Shown: in pieces, positions 12,324 to 25,890 of the stretch
How positions within the stretch are numbered: the first letter of the stretch is position 1
Layout: the number at the start of each line of letters is the position of its first letter
Assembly (NCBI GenBank): GCA_964016885.1
Contig: OZ024742.1
Coordinates: 236,964,001 to 237,028,000 of the forward strand
Length of the DNA stretch: 64,000 nucleotides
Direction of reading: 5' to 3'
From: Eledone cirrhosa
Lineage: Eukaryota
Notes under the pieces: model-generated
The model's input: the letters and a program-made list of their open reading frames with translations, nothing else
Told to the model about the DNA's origin: nothing
Database searches by the model: none
Program-made: the position numbers and the translations under genes

Positions 12324-13492
12324 GTGATGTTTTTTTACAAAAAGAAAAAAAAACGAGGTGTCCTACACGAGTGAAAGTATAAGGAAAAAAGATGAAATCG
12401 AAAATGCAACTGGAGTCTTTTTTATAAAAATATGTATTTATTTGGTTCCTTTACCGGTTTCGCAGTTCTTCTGCTTTTCAAAAGTAGAATTGAGATGGAG
12501 GGTTTGTGGTTTTTCTCATATCTGGTTGGTCTTTGAATGTTACTTCTGTTTTATATGGAAAACGTGGCTCGAAATGCTAGGTTTTTAGAGAAGTAATTTG
12601 GTTGGTTGGTGAATAAGTATAATAAATTTCGCGTCAGTTCGCGTTACAAAGTTCTTATTATATGTGCCTTAAAAAAAAGGGGGTGTGGACTCAGGTTTTT
12701 TTTTCATATATGAGTGAAGTTTGGTTGGTTGATGCAGTCACGTGAATAAGCACATCAGCTTTCGCGCCAGTTTGTGTTTGAATTTCTTTTTACTTAAAAA
12801 AAAGGTGGCTCACGAAGGCTTTTTTTTATAAATGTAATTTGATTGGTTATAAATGAAATTATGACTGTCACGTGAACAAGTACATTAAAATTCGCGCCCG
12901 TATTTTGGAATTTTTTTTGTTGCCATTTAGAGAATTTTGTGCCAAACAAAAGATAATGGTCTAGAAAAACGGTTAGAGAGAGTTGTTCTGAGTATGACTG
13001 ATGTGCTGAAATGTAATTTGATTGGTTATAAATGAAATTATTACTGTCACGTGAACAAGTACATTAAATTCGTGCCCGTATTTGGGAATTTGTTTTGTAG
13101 CCTTTTAGAGAATTTTGTGCCAAACAAAAGATAATGGTAAAGAAAAACGGGATGGGGAGAATTGTTCTGGTTCAGTGAATATGGCTGGTGTGCTGGGGTG
13201 TCAAAATTCAGACTTTCTATTGAAATAAAGAAAGTAGTGATATGTATGTTTATTTGTGTGTTAATAGAATCATCTTCCTACACACACACAAACACACACA
13301 AACACACACACACACACACATACACACACAAATAAATATACATATCTCTACTTTCTTTATTTCAATAGGAAGTCTGAATTTTGACACCTCAGCACACCAA
13401 CCATATTCACTGAACCAGAACAATTCTCCCCATCCTGTTTTTCTTGACCATTATCTTTTGTTTGGCACACAATTCTCTAAAAGACTACAAAT
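12316..13492 (-). mobile_element. pLTR-like cassette (family X) with internal direct repeats and an inverted repeat
   Basis: 12316-12520 matches 29873-30015 and 31453-31822. ~180-bp direct repeat at 12830-13190. ~13075-13260 is inverted at ~13323-13492. Confidence 0.65.
12448..12485 (-). ncRNA. Type I hammerhead fold, U3-A8 variant
   Basis: CTT-TTGAAAA-GCAG-AAGAA-CTGC-GAAA-CCGG-TA-AAG. Confidence 0.7.
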
Positions 13493-16400
13493 CTCTCCGC
13501 AAACACATTGGTCGCGATGCCTTTACTAACAACCTCGTCTAAGTTTCTTGCTAGTTATACCTCTACTCTGTTGTTCGCTATAGCTAAAGCCTTACTGAGC
13601 CTAATGGACTCTATTCTAATCGCCCTTTTCTTGGCGAACCACCTTTTGTTGTTGACGACTGCCCCCGTCAACGCCCGCTTAATTAATTAACTAATCCGGT
13701 CTCTGTAGGCTTTGTGCACCGGGAGCGACTCGTTCAGCTTCGAGTATCAGGGTCCCTGTCTATGAAGCCTATCTAAGTCGACCACACAGATCACAAATTT
13801 CTGTGGATGATGGGATGCGGTTTGTCCATGTCCACATTGGCTTATTCAGGAAATTCAGTCGGTCCTGTCAGACAGTTGGAATCGTCTGAGGTGGTTTGTG
13901 AGGCTTTTATACACTCCTTCCCTATCCGCTAGTCCCATACTGTCCAGCATGCATTTGAGATCCTGTTCCAGTCGCCCATTAACATTAAGGTCTCCAGTCG
14001 CCCATTAATATTAAGGTCTCCAGTCGCCCATTAACAGGAAGGTCTCCAGGCGCCTGAAGAAATCAGGTCATCCTTCCCCAGTCGGTGCATAAACTGCCAC
14101 GAGCCTGAAAGCATAGTCGTCGTTGCTGGTCACGTCCAGTACCACCGACTTACTTTTTGGGTCCAGAAAAATGGTTCGTATCATGAGATCTAGGTCTTTC
14201 CGAAAAAAACAGCGAGTCCCTTTCCAGATCCCGGATGGTTTGGAAATGTGTACATCTCGTAACCGACGAAAATGGGTGTGAAGGTTTCCTCCTCGGAAAT
14301 TCTGGTCTCGCTGATTGACACCACATCTATAATCATTGACCTGAAGTCATTGAGCAGATGATTTTGCTTCTATTATGACCCCAAGCCACGTGCATTTACG
14401 CTGCCTATTCTCAGTAAGGCATGTTTATGGTGAGGGTGGTGTTGACGTGGAAGTCTATACTTTTTTTTGGGGGGGGGGTCCAATTGTAGTAGAGCGCTTC
14501 GAGGAGATCGGAGAACAAGTCTGGCATATCTACGTAACACTCGTATGGCAGACCATTAAAACCTGGCGACTTGTGCCTCGTGTAGCCGACAAGGGGACCC
14601 CGAATTTCGGCTGAGTTATCGTCCTTTCGCAGCTCTCAGCATCGGCTGCCGTGAGACGCGACAAATCGTCGAGGTAGGGACTGAAACCTGCCACCATTCA
14701 GACTCGCCATTTCCCCAGAACAGCCGAGTGAAGTGCTGGCGAAAGGCCTCACACAACTGCCTGGAATCGTTCAGCTCGCGTCCGTATCGGTTCGTCTAAA
14801 ACCGAATTGTTAGTCGGGCCCACCGAACCGCTTTGTTTCCCTCGTTTCTCAGAGCACGTGCCTTAGCTCAGACAATGCAACCTTCGTATTTCGCATTGAA
14901 GAAATGGTCTAATGCTATTCTCGCCGCTAGAACGTCGGTTGCAGTGCCACTACAAATTGCCTCGTCTAATTTAGCTACCACCTCCCTCTCCTTTCTAAGA
15001 TTCCGTTCCTGTCTTCTGCTAACAGTAAAGTGCGAGACATACCCTAAAAAGCTTCCAGGCATCTAAAGAAGTCCGGCCGTCCGGCCTCGGTCGGGTCGTA
15101 GATGGCTACCAGACTAAAAGCACCACTTTCGCTATTGTTCACGTCCAAGACCAGCAACTTACCGTCCGGGTCCCAGAAGATCGACCTTTCCTCGAGATCC
15201 AGTCCTTTCCTTTCCTAAACAGCACTACCACCCCATATCCCATTCCCGGCCAACTAACATATGCGAAGATCTGATAGTCGTCGAAAATGGGTGCTAGTGC
15301 CCACCGTGTTGGAAATCTTAGTCTCGCTAATCACATTCATATGTTGAGACTTCAGCTTGTTGAGCAGACGATCCTTTTCTATGTCTTGCCTTAGTGCTAT
15401 TGCTAGCAGTGTCATCAAATCCTTGTTGACCCTTCTTAATAGCACGAAGTTGAGTGTATTGTTTAGTTCTTGTTGTGCTTGTTTGCGTTTGGGGGATTGT
15501 GGTGGTGATGGTTGTTTTCATGTTGTTTTGGGTGTGTCTGTGTTTGTTGTGGGTGGGTGTCTGCGATTTCAGTTGTATGTGTTCTTTTGTTCTTCTGTCT
15601 GCTTTGGTTGTTTGTGTTTGGGTGATTGTGGTGGTGGTGGTGTTCGTGTTGTTGGAGAAGTGTTTGAGTTTGATTTGTGGGTGGTGTCTGTATTTTCTGT
15701 TGTAGATGTTTTTGTGATTTGTGAGATTTTTGTGCGTCTTCTCTTTTGTATTTTGGATGGTTCAGGATTGTCATCATCTTTGCTACTGGAAGACGAGGGG
15801 GTTTGTGTTTGTGTTTGTTTTATTTTTCTCCATGTGTGTATTTGGAGGGGGAATGGGAGAGCTTTCCTCGTTTTCCCACTGCATGGCCAGCGTTGGTGGT
15901 GGTGTTTCCGATGTTGTTGCTGGTGGGGGTGTTTCGGTGCTGGTGTTGGTTGTATTCCTTGCCCCGGCGTCGGCATCGGTGGAGACTTACGACTCTTTGC
16001 ATTTTTTAGCATTTGAGGGCAGAAGGTTCGCAAATGCGTTGTTTCCCCGCAGATGAAACAATGAGATCTTTGCCCCCGATCATGTGTAGGGGGTGGATGT
16101 GATCCGGGATTTTTCTCACATCCTGCGGCGTGATTTGGAGAAGTATCTCCAGGTCAACAGAGGATCAGTCCTCCCTAGCTGTCCTCGTTACTTCAATCGG
16201 GACGGTATCCGTCCCCTCCACAATCACGCATCCTAGGTGCCACCACGTGTGTAGTCCTGGAGGAATCCCGGTAATGCAGACTCTCAATGGTCTTTTTCCC
16301 ATGTGGATGGGGTACAAAATGACATTGCTGGTTTTGCAAGGAATCATTGCGTGTTTAGTAGCGAGGGCTTCTGACTTAAACTGCACTGAAATGGTGCAGT

Positions 16401-17205
16401 ATTGTCTGCCCCTCGCTATCTACTCGGTGTCATCCCTAGTGCACCTCAGCTCGGATACAATTTTGGCTTGTGAAATTATAGCTGCTTTTTTTCGCCTAAA
16501 ATGAAATGCACATGAAATGTAGCGTTCTTCCCTCCAACGCTTCTATGGCTTCTGCCGGGATAGTTAGGTTGGCCCAGGTTTGCTCTTATTTGATGAGCTT
16601 CCAGGCCTGGAGCAACATTTTATCTATCTCGCTGAGGTCCACGCTGAAACATGGGCTCTTTTTGGTTGCTGCCTCAGTGAAATTGTTCTTATTGTTGGTG
16701 ATGTCGTTATTGTTGGTGTTGTTTTTGTTGGTGGCGTTGTTGTTGTTGTTGTTCTCATTCTTCCTTATGCTGTTATTGTTGGTGTCGTTGTCGCTGTTGC
16801 AGTAGGTGTTGGTGTTGTTAATGTTTCCATTGTTGTTCTTGGTACAGTTGGTGTCGTTGTCGCTGCTTTCCTGATCTGTTTTGTTGAACCTGTTGGTGCT
16901 GCCACTGTTTATGTTGCTGCTGCTGTTGTTGTCGTTGTTGTTGTTGTTGCTGTTGTTGTTGTTGGTGGTGGTGGTGGAGGTGGTGGAGGTGGTGGTCTTG
17001 TTGTTCATGATGTTATCATTCATGTTTTCACTGTCGTGTGTGTTCGTTTTAATTTTGTTTTTCGTTTCCGTTGTTTCAGTGGTGGGGTGGCGGTGATGTC
17101 TGTGGTGTTAGCCCCGTCTACCATCGTTGTGGTAGGATTGTTGACATTCACCGTGGTAAACATTGGCAGCTCTGTAAAGTCCGCTGCGTTTTCAGACTGA
17201 ACAGC
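13493..17205 (-). mobile_element. Tx1/L1-like LINE mosaic, decayed (low-complexity ORF1 with CCHC knuckle, APE fragments)
   Basis: HCFICGETTHLRTFC near 16020-16070; APE pieces (ISETKIS, GDWN, PGYxKLN-like); similar to the 18281-24095 copy; abuts (TAA)n. Confidence 0.75.
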
Positions 17206-17224
17206 AAAGATGATAATAATAATG

Positions 17225-17277
<53 letters not shown>

Positions 17278-17278
<1 letters not shown>

Positions 17279-18162
17279 TTTTCTTTATTAACCACAAGGG
17301 TTTACATAAAGCAGACATTAAGGACAGTACAGTACACGCATTTCTGCGTGTAAAAAAAACAGAGGATGTAATAAAATAACAAAGAAAAATTCCCCAATAG
17401 GGGGGAGACTTCCGAGGGACATTTGTGGAGAAAGCCCATTAAAAGACCAGTGACCCTGACCACCAGGGCAAGTGCCTTCTCCCAGTTTTCCACCTTTAAT
17501 TTACAGACACATACTCAGAGAAGGCCTATTCATTCGGGCCATACTTGCTTCTCTCACCCATCTTTCAACAAAATGCTGGGAAGAGAGCACTTCCCTCTCT
17601 ACCCTGATTTTCCTTTTCAAATGAAATTTGAAAAAGTTAATCAGGGCATCACCGAAGAGGTAAGTGCTCGTCTTCAGCCCTTTCAAACGTGTCCACCATA
17701 CTATCTCTTTCGCCATGGCCACCAGACAGATAAAAACTGCCTGCCCTTCCCGGCTAAAGGAAGAGGGAGGGGCAATCCTCACGATGGACTCAGCTGATAG
17801 CTGGATCCGTCCTACACGTGACAGCAGGTGTTCGACATAAACCCACAAGTCAGCAATGCTCGGACACTGGACGAGTGCGTGCAGGACGGTTTCGTCGCCC
17901 TGTGCGCATCTCGGACATGCCCGGCTGACGGCACCTCCATGCCTGTAGAGTTTATCCCGAACTGGCAAAGCTCCCCGGTAGCACTGCCAGGCCAGGGATT
18001 TCTGGAAGTTGTCCATAGGCCCCGGCCCGAAAGTCCTTCCGAAGAGATTGACTAGTTGATTTTCGTCGACGCCTAGAGTTTCTCCAAGTACGTCGTCGCT
18101 CTTCCTCTCCACTAATCCTCTATAGAACGCCAAGGTGGAGTTTCCACCGATCACATTACCCG
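17278..18162 (-). mobile_element. Tx1/L1-like LINE 3' fragment between two (TAA)n tracts
   Basis: WQCYRGALPVRDKL..CPRC..ETVLHALVQC; 3'UTR ends AATAAAGAAAAC(ATT)n. Confidence 0.85.
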
Positions 18163-18280
18163 ATAATAATAATAATAATAATAATTGTTTTTACATTTGG
18201 CATAAGGCCAGCAATTACTCAGTGTATTACTGGTACTTTATTTTATCGACCCCGAAAGGATGAAAGGCAAAGTTACCCTC

Positions 18281-21200
18281 TTCTTTATTGGCCACAAGGG
18301 CTGACACGAAGTACAGGACGATACAAAGTGGGTTTTGGTCGTGTAAACTGGTTATAACAAGATAGAAATCGGGCTAGAAATCAAAAAAAAATCAAACAAC
18401 AAAAGTTCCCCAAAAAGGGGATAACCTCCGAGGGTCACCTGTGGTGAAAACCACACAAAAGACCACGGCCTCCCTAACCACCAGGAAGAGAGCCCTCTCT
18501 CACTTTTCCCACTCCTCAGTCTACAGGCGTATACTCAGAGCGGGCCCGTTCACTCGGACCAGACTCGCCACTTTCACCCACCTTTCAACAAACTTGCTAG
18601 AAGGCAGCACTTGCTCTCCACTCTGATTTTCCTCTTCAAGTGAAACTTCAAAAAGTTAATCAGGGATTGGCCGGAGAGGAAAGTGTCCGTCTTCAACCCT
18701 TTCAACCTTGTACACCACACAATCTCTTTCGCCATGGCCACCAGGCAGATGAAAACTGCCTGCCCTTCCTCCTCTTTAAAGGAGGATGGCGGGGCTATCT
18801 GCACAATGAACTCAGTCGATAACCGGATCCGTCCTACACGCGACAGCAACTGTTCGACATAGCTCCACAAGTCAGCAATCCTCGGGCACTGAACGAGTGC
18901 GTGCAGGACGGTTTCGTCGCCCTGCGCGTATCTCGGACAGGCTCGGCTGACAACACCTCCGTGCCTGTATAGCTTATCCCGAACCGGAAACGCTCCCCGG
19001 TAGCATTGCCAGGCCTGGGATTTCTGGAAGTTGTCCATCGGCCCCGCTCTGAAAGTTCTCTTGAAGGCCGCAAACAGCTGATCGTTTTCGACGCCCAGGA
19101 TCTCCCCGAGAATGTCGTCGCTCTTTCCCGCCACTAGCCCTCTATAGAACGCCGAGGTGGATGTTCCACCGATACCAGTGCCCAACTGGTAGAGGGCGTT
19201 GAGCGCTTGGAGACATTCCAGCTTCCAAGCGCTATCCCTCGGTCTTTTCCTGATCCAGGACTGCAGCTCCGTCAAGGAGATGAGCTGGGGAAAAGCGCGT
19301 CTGGCAAACGGCGACCACACCTGTTCACCGTCAAGGAAGCACCAGAGATGACGCAGCCTCAGCGCATGTTTGCGCATCATCAACCACGGCGTGCCTAGTC
19401 CTCCACGCAACGGGTGTTGACAGCAATTGGATCGTCTGATCATAGGAGCATGTCCCTTCCACAAAAAGCGGAAGAGAAGGCGCTCCATTTTGGTCAGAGT
19501 TGGGCGGGGGCAAGGTACGACGGTCAGGCGGTAGCAGATGACGGACGCTATGTACACATTCGCCACCTCCACCCGACCTTTCAGAGACAGCCTCCTCTCG
19601 GCCCATTTCTGGGTGAGAGAGGCCACCCTGCTCGTCCCCTCGCTCCAGTTTTTCTCCATCTGGAGTTCCGGACCGAAGCAGACCCCAAGCAATTTAACCG
19701 GTCCTTCCGTCCAGCGCCCCGCGACGCTGTCGGACGGCATGGACTTTCCTCTCCAGGTGCCGAGTTGCAAGCGCACCGACTTTTCCTGGTTTATCTTTGC
19801 TCCTGTCACCGCTTCGTATTCCTTGAGAGCGGTGCCCAGCATCTGGACGTGTTTGGTGCTCGACACCACCACGGTGACGTTGTCGGCGTAAGCTGACACA
19901 GATCTCCCGCATTCCAGTTCGCGTGGGACTCCCCCCCCCCGATCGTCTCCAATTTGTGCAGTAACGGCTCTACGGCCAGTTCGTACAATAGGGGTGAGAG
20001 GGGGAAACCCTGGCGGACCGAGCGCACGATGCTGAAGGCTGCGACAGGTTACCATTCACCCTCACAATCGAGCAGATGTCGCTGAGCATCACAGCGATCT
20101 AGCCCCTTAAAACTGGCCCGAAGCCGGCCGCCTCGAGGACCGCAGCCAAGTACCGATGGTCGACCCTATCAAATGCTTTAAGTTGATCCAAGTTGATCAG
20201 GGCCTCACCCGTGACAGGTTCCTTAACCACCCTTTCTATGATGTAACGCATAAGGTTTTCGTGGATGGATCTGTTCGGGATGGCGCATGTCTGCGCCTCT
20301 CCCACCAGACCCTTGACGACAAGCGCCAACCTCGTTGCTAATACCTTGGCCAAAATCTTGAACTCTGCGTTTAGCAGGGTTATGGGCCTGAAGTTATCGA
20401 TAACATCCCCCTTGTTCGGGTCTTTTCTCAGCAACGCCACCGCTCCCCGGCTCACAAAACTGGGAATGCTCCGTTCTGCTGCCAGTTGCAGTAGACGTCT
20501 GCCAAGAGGTCACCGAACAAGTCTGGAATAAATGCATAAAGCTCGTAGGCCAGACCATCCAAACCTGGCGATTTACCCCTCGTGCAGTCAGACATCGCTT
20601 CCCGTATTTCACATGCTGTTATCGGCTTTTCGCAGCACTGCGCTGTGGTCGTCGAGAGCCGCGGCAGTCCGTCGAGGTATGCAGCGAAGTCCATACTCCG
20701 ATCCGGCCCCCGCTGCTTCCGAACAATTGAGCAAAGTGCTGTTGAAAAGCCGCACACATCTGCTTGGGTTCGAGGAACATGCGCCCGTTTTGACCAGGCA
20801 AAGACCTAATTGTGGACTTGTTTCCACGTTGCACCTCCACCATCCGGGCCCATTGAACGGATTTCGTCCCCTCGTGCCTTAGAGGACGCGCTCTAGCTCT
20901 GACAACGCAGCCTTCATGCTTTGCGTTGAATAATTGGTCGAGTACCAATCTCGCCGCAAGCTCGTCGGTTGCGATGCGTCCTAAACGCCTCTTCTAGCTT
21001 TCTAACTAACTCTCCCTCTACTCTATTTTCCTCTATCTCCACTCCTTTGCTAAACCTTATCGATTCTACTCTAATAGCCCTTTTCAGGGTAAACCACCAA
21101 CTGTTGTTGACGATCGCACCCGTCAACGCACGCTTAACTAATTCGCTAATCCGGTCTCTGTAAGCTTTGCGCGCCGAGAACGACGCGTTCAGCTTCCAGT

Positions 21201-24095
21201 AACCAGGCCCTTGCTTATGGAGTCTATCTAAGTCAACTTCACAGATCATTTGTGGTCCGTGTAGTCGACTACTTTAAAATGTGGACAACCTACACTAGCC
21301 TTATCTGTTTCCCTACAGAATACCCTATCTAAATACGATCTGGATGACTCGATGAGGTTTGCCCATGTCCACATTGGCACTTTCGGATAATCCAGTCTAT
21401 ACCTGTCAGACATTTCAAAACGTCTGAGCAGGTTGTTGAGGCTTTTACACCCTCCTGCCCTGTCTACCAGCCCCACATAATCCCAGCGTGCATCTAAGAT
21501 ACCGTTCCAGTCGCCCACTAACACTAAAGAGCGGGACGTTCCAAGAAAGGTCTCTAGACGTCTGAAGAAATCTGGCCGTTCTGCCCCTGTTGGGGTGTAG
21601 ACGGCTACTAGTCTGAAAGCATTGCCTTCGCTGCCGGTCACATCCAGCACCACCGACTTACCTTCCGGGTCTAGGAAGATCGTCCGTATGGTGAGATCCA
21701 AACCTCTCCGTAAAAGCTCAGCAACTCCTCCCCCCGATCCTGGACGGCTGGGAGATGCGTATACATCGTAGCCGCCGAAGATCGGTGCGAAGACTCGTGC
21801 TTCGGAAATTCTCGCTGATGGCCACCACATCTATGTTTAGTGACCTGAGATCGTTAAGCAGGTGGCCCTGCTTCCAAGATTACCCCAGGCAACGTACATT
21901 TATACTGCCTATTCTAAGTAAAGCCATGTTGGGTGAGGATTGGAGTAAGTGAGAAAGGATCACCTACCCTGATCGTGTGGGAAAGGGACAGTCGAACCGC
22001 CCCTTTGGCTGGTCATGGGTGTTTCCAAGATGATGTCGGTGTATATCCTCTTGGTAACCGACCCTCTGAAGTCTCCAACTGCGTTGGGGAATTTTTCTTT
22101 TAAAAGTTTATAATGTTCTATTCTGATTTCAATAATGTTTATATTTTTCGGGAGAGTTCTTGGTGCTGGTGGGGTGTAGTAATTTTTGTCTGTGATGTCT
22201 GTGCTGCTTTATATGTTGTAAGAGTTCTTTATTTGCCATTTTATGGCTGTGTACCTTTTGGTGGGAGGGGAGGTTTTGTTGCTGTTTTCTTATTGTTGCT
22301 GTTGGGTGTGCGTGCTTTGTTGTGTTTGCGTTGTTGGTGTTTTTGGTGATGCTGGTGGTGGTGTGGTTGTTGTTTGTGGTGATGCTTGTGGTGCTGATGG
22401 TGATAGTGGTTGTTTGCCTTCGTTTTTGGAGGGTGAAGCTAAGGGTTTTTTTCTTTTTTGTTTCTTGTGGCAGACCGTTTGCCACTTTCCTCCCGCCTCA
22501 TACTCCATGTCGGATTCCGTGGCGTCTGGGAGGAGTATGAGCTCCACTGCTGTTGGTGGTGGTAGTGGAGCCCATTCCGGCGATTTTGCCGCCAGTGTAG
22601 CTACTGCGCCTGTTGGTGTTTCCGCCACTGCTGCCGCTGTTTTAGTTGTCCGTCACCCTCCTACTCACCATGGAAGGGTCTTCTGCCTCTGTTGCCTGCC
22701 CTGCTCTTGGTAGCAGCGGATCAGGCGTCGGAAGGAGGGGGATCCTCTTCTCGGCTGTCTTCTGCGGGCTGAAGGCCCTGAGGTGACCCTTCTGCCCACA
22801 GAGATAGTACTTTGGGCGCCATTCTTCCACGCTTATAGGGAGTTGGAGTCTTCCTCGAGGTCTATGATATCTGGAATGGCCTCGATGCACTCCTGGTCAG
22901 TTTGTATTAGCATTTGCATGCCTATTCCTGACCAGTTCTCTCTTGCCATTCTCTGTATTTGCAGTATGGTGGTCTTCTCCTCGATTCCAGCCAGTACAGA
23001 CGCGGCCAACCAAGGTATGGGCACGTCGGACGGGACCTGGGTCACTTTGACCCTCACAATTTTCTGCCAGCAGTAGGAGGGCACCAAGACTATCTCCTCA
23101 CTCTTTAGGGTTTCCAAAGAGTGAGACTGCGCCTCTTGGGGGTGGGGCGAAAAGTACGTCTACTGTGGCGTACTTTTTGCCTCGGGTGATGTTGGTTTTG
23201 CACGCCCAGACGCTCCCCAATGCCTTTTGGATTTGAGTCTCCATGGCTCTCTCCACCCGATGTGACATTTTGCTTACGGTGCGGTAAGTCACCGTGCGCA
23301 GCTGCTGGTCTTTGAAGAATCGGGTGGAGGTTTCAGGGAAACTCTATTGTTATTTCTTGACACCATGGCTCTTGCGACTGCCATCTCCTCCTCCGTGACT
23401 AGCACTGTTTCTATATTTCGGGCCACACCTGCGAAAGAAGTGGCCCCTTTTTCAGCGGCACCATTATTGCTGCCGCTACTGCTGCTACTGATCTTGTTGT
23501 TGTTGCTGTTGCTGTTGCTACAAACGGTGTTGTTGGTGTTGTTGTTGTTATCACTGTTGTAGTTGGTTGTATTTTTGGTGCCACCGTTGTTGTTGTTTTC
23601 GGTGCAATTTGTATTGTTGCTGTTGGTGTTGTCGTTGTTTATTTTCTTGTTAGTGGTGTTAATATCGTTGTTGCATTTGTTGCATTTGTTGCATTTTCTG
23701 TTGTCTGCATTTTGGTTGTCACTGTTATTGTTGTAGTTGGTGTGGTCATTTTTTTAAAATTAGTGTTCTCAGTGTTGTTGTCTTTGTTCAGGTTGTTTGT
23801 GGTGGTGTTTGTTGTATGAATTTCTATAACTCTCCTCTCAACATTTACGCCGTTGGCACACGACAGCACACATATTGCTGGGGGGCGTGACTAAGCCATG
23901 TTTTTTTAAAATCATTTTTAAAAGTAAAATGTTCAAATATTTGGGCCAAAAGCCCAAATATTATACTTTCCACTTCACAGCGCAAAGTCCAAGGACTTAT
24001 ATCCCTTACACAACAAGAAACATTTAACAACAAATAATTATAACAGGTAAATAAAGCGACTTACTGGGAGCGAGCAAAAAGACGTCCGATCAGAC
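18281..24095 (-). mobile_element. Near full-length Tx1/L1-like LINE, frameshifted (ORF1 ~23870-22080; ORF2 21927-18521)
   Basis: ORF2 begins MALLRIGSINVRCL; [42 protein letters not shown], SVRQGxPLSPLLY, AYADN, C-terminal CCHC. ORF1 has a degenerate knuckle LCGQKGHLR. Confidence 0.9.
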
Positions 24096-25059
24096 CAATA
24101 ATAATAAGAAGAAGAAGAATAGAATGATATTTATTCTGTGTTGCATGGTCAGTCAAACAGCCAATCAGACAAACTGTATGATCATTTGATATCGATTAAT
24201 CCTTATAAGCAATATAATATTTTGATGAATTTACAAACTGATATCGTGGTAATAATGTTATTGTAATAGTCACTTCGATCATATTATCGATTATATCAGA
24301 TTGATAATGTCACTTCATACGCCGTTTTGGGGAATTTTATTGATTTTATACAGCTATTATTAATAACATGTCTAGTTTATAGAATCTTAATAATTTTACT
24401 GATAGCGTTAAATTGAAATTTAGAAACGTTCAGGCGGAATCTTCGAGTTTTGAAATCATCTTGTGATATATAATCTGTTAATTCTGTCTGTTAAAAATAT
24501 ATTAATTTCTATTTTTAAGAACATCTTATAAGTTAACGTATAAGAAATATATTAGTTTTAACTGAGGAACAGATTGAAGTTTAATTTCGCTTTTACAGTT
24601 AAGTCAAGGGGAGAAAGGCAATGTGTTTGGCATTTTTCAAAGCGTCCGATACTGGTTGGACCGAGAGAAGAATGTGTCTTTAAACCTGAGAGCAGGCTGG
24701 CTCGAATTCTTGCAACAAAGTAGACTCGTGCCAAATCTGATCTGGTCCATAAATAGGGAACCCTAAAATACAAACCAACAGGCTCATGCTAATCTACCCC
24801 ATAAACAGAGACACCGAAATATTTTCCAATGCGGTCAAACCAATCTTATCTTCTTCAACGAAAGACTAGATGTTGTATGTAGTTCAGATATTTTTCCTAG
24901 TGCTATGCGCTTAGAACTACAGTTATATATCCTAACTATACTATTAGGGGCTCGTTAAAAACAAACAAAAAAACACACCACTTTTTTCAATGAAAAAATG
25001 GGGATTCAATGCCAGAGGCCTGGCTGACTAAGATTTTCGAGTTTTCAATATCAGAAATA

Positions 25060-25278
25060 TTGATTTCTCGTATAGGCACAAGGCCAGTAATTTTTTTTTG
25101 GGGGGAGACGATTAAATCGACCCCAGTACGTTACTGGTGCTTTATTTTATCGACCCCGTAAGGATGAAAAGCAAAGTTAACCTAGGTGGGAGTTGAACTC
25201 AGACCGTAAAGGGCCGTAACTCTATGCTGCAAAGCATGGTGTCCGACTCTCCACCGATGCTGCCAATCCACCACCCTA
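25060..25278 (-). mobile_element. tRNA-derived SINE, family A
   Basis: A/B-box-like head plus conserved body GCCTTTCATCCTTACGGGGTCGATAAAATAAAGTACCAG (reminiscent of MetaSINE-type cores). Recurs more than ten times in the window. Confidence 0.8.
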
Positions 25279-25311
25279 ATAAATTCAGAATTAATAGAAA
25301 TTTTACTAATA

Positions 25312-25430
25312 GACGCAGCATAGTCAAATTATCAGGAAGTTCGGTTCTCAATTATGAGATTCCGTGTTCAATCCCACTGCGTAGTATAATATGCAAGTGG
25401 ATCTTTTCATAGCCGTAGGTTTATCAAATA
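25312..25430 (+). mobile_element. tRNA-derived SINE, family B (degenerate; relatives ~39045-39190 +, ~40060-40220 -)
   Basis: B-box-like GTTCAATCCC followed by a related body in three places. Confidence 0.45.
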
Positions 25431-25694
25431 CGTGTGAATGTTATTCTGAGAATTCTAATGAAGATACACGTGTCTATAGAATACTCAACCACTAACACAT
25501 TAATTTAACAAGTAGACTGTTACATTGACCACGGACAACTGGAACATCGGTGAATGTTCTCAGTGGCAATGTTTTCACCATCTTGACCGTGAGGCGCAGC
25601 GGAGGTATTCTGTCAAACCAAGGGTGTAGAGTTTGCTCGTCCGTCTTTTTTCATTTTCTTTTTTTTTTCTTTCTTTTTGTCATTATGATTGGAT

Positions 25695-25890
25695 TGGCAA
25701 GGCGGTGGATTGGCAGTATCGGTAGAGGATCGGACGCCATGCTTTGCAGCAAAGAGTTACAGCTATTTATGGTCTGAGTTCAAATCCCGCCGAGATTAAC
25801 TTTGCCTTTCATCCTTACGGGGTCGATAAATTAAAGCACCAGTATTGCATTGGGGTAATTGCTGGCCTTGAGCCAAAAGTAGACACAATT
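25695..25890 (+). mobile_element. SINE family A
   Basis: GGCGGTGGATTGGCAGTATCGGTAG..GAGTTCAAATCCC..GCCTTTCATCC. Confidence 0.8.

Noticed and set aside
13965-14052. Three ~26-bp tandem repeats, superficially CRISPR-like
   Set aside because: No spacers; a local duplication inside the Tx1 endonuclease GDWN region in eukaryotic DNA.
24590-24770. Unique, moderately GC-rich stretch with AG acceptor-like sites; possible host exon; faint similarity to 33505-33620
   Set aside because: No recognisable protein in any frame and no partner exons; the similarity is too weak to call by eye.
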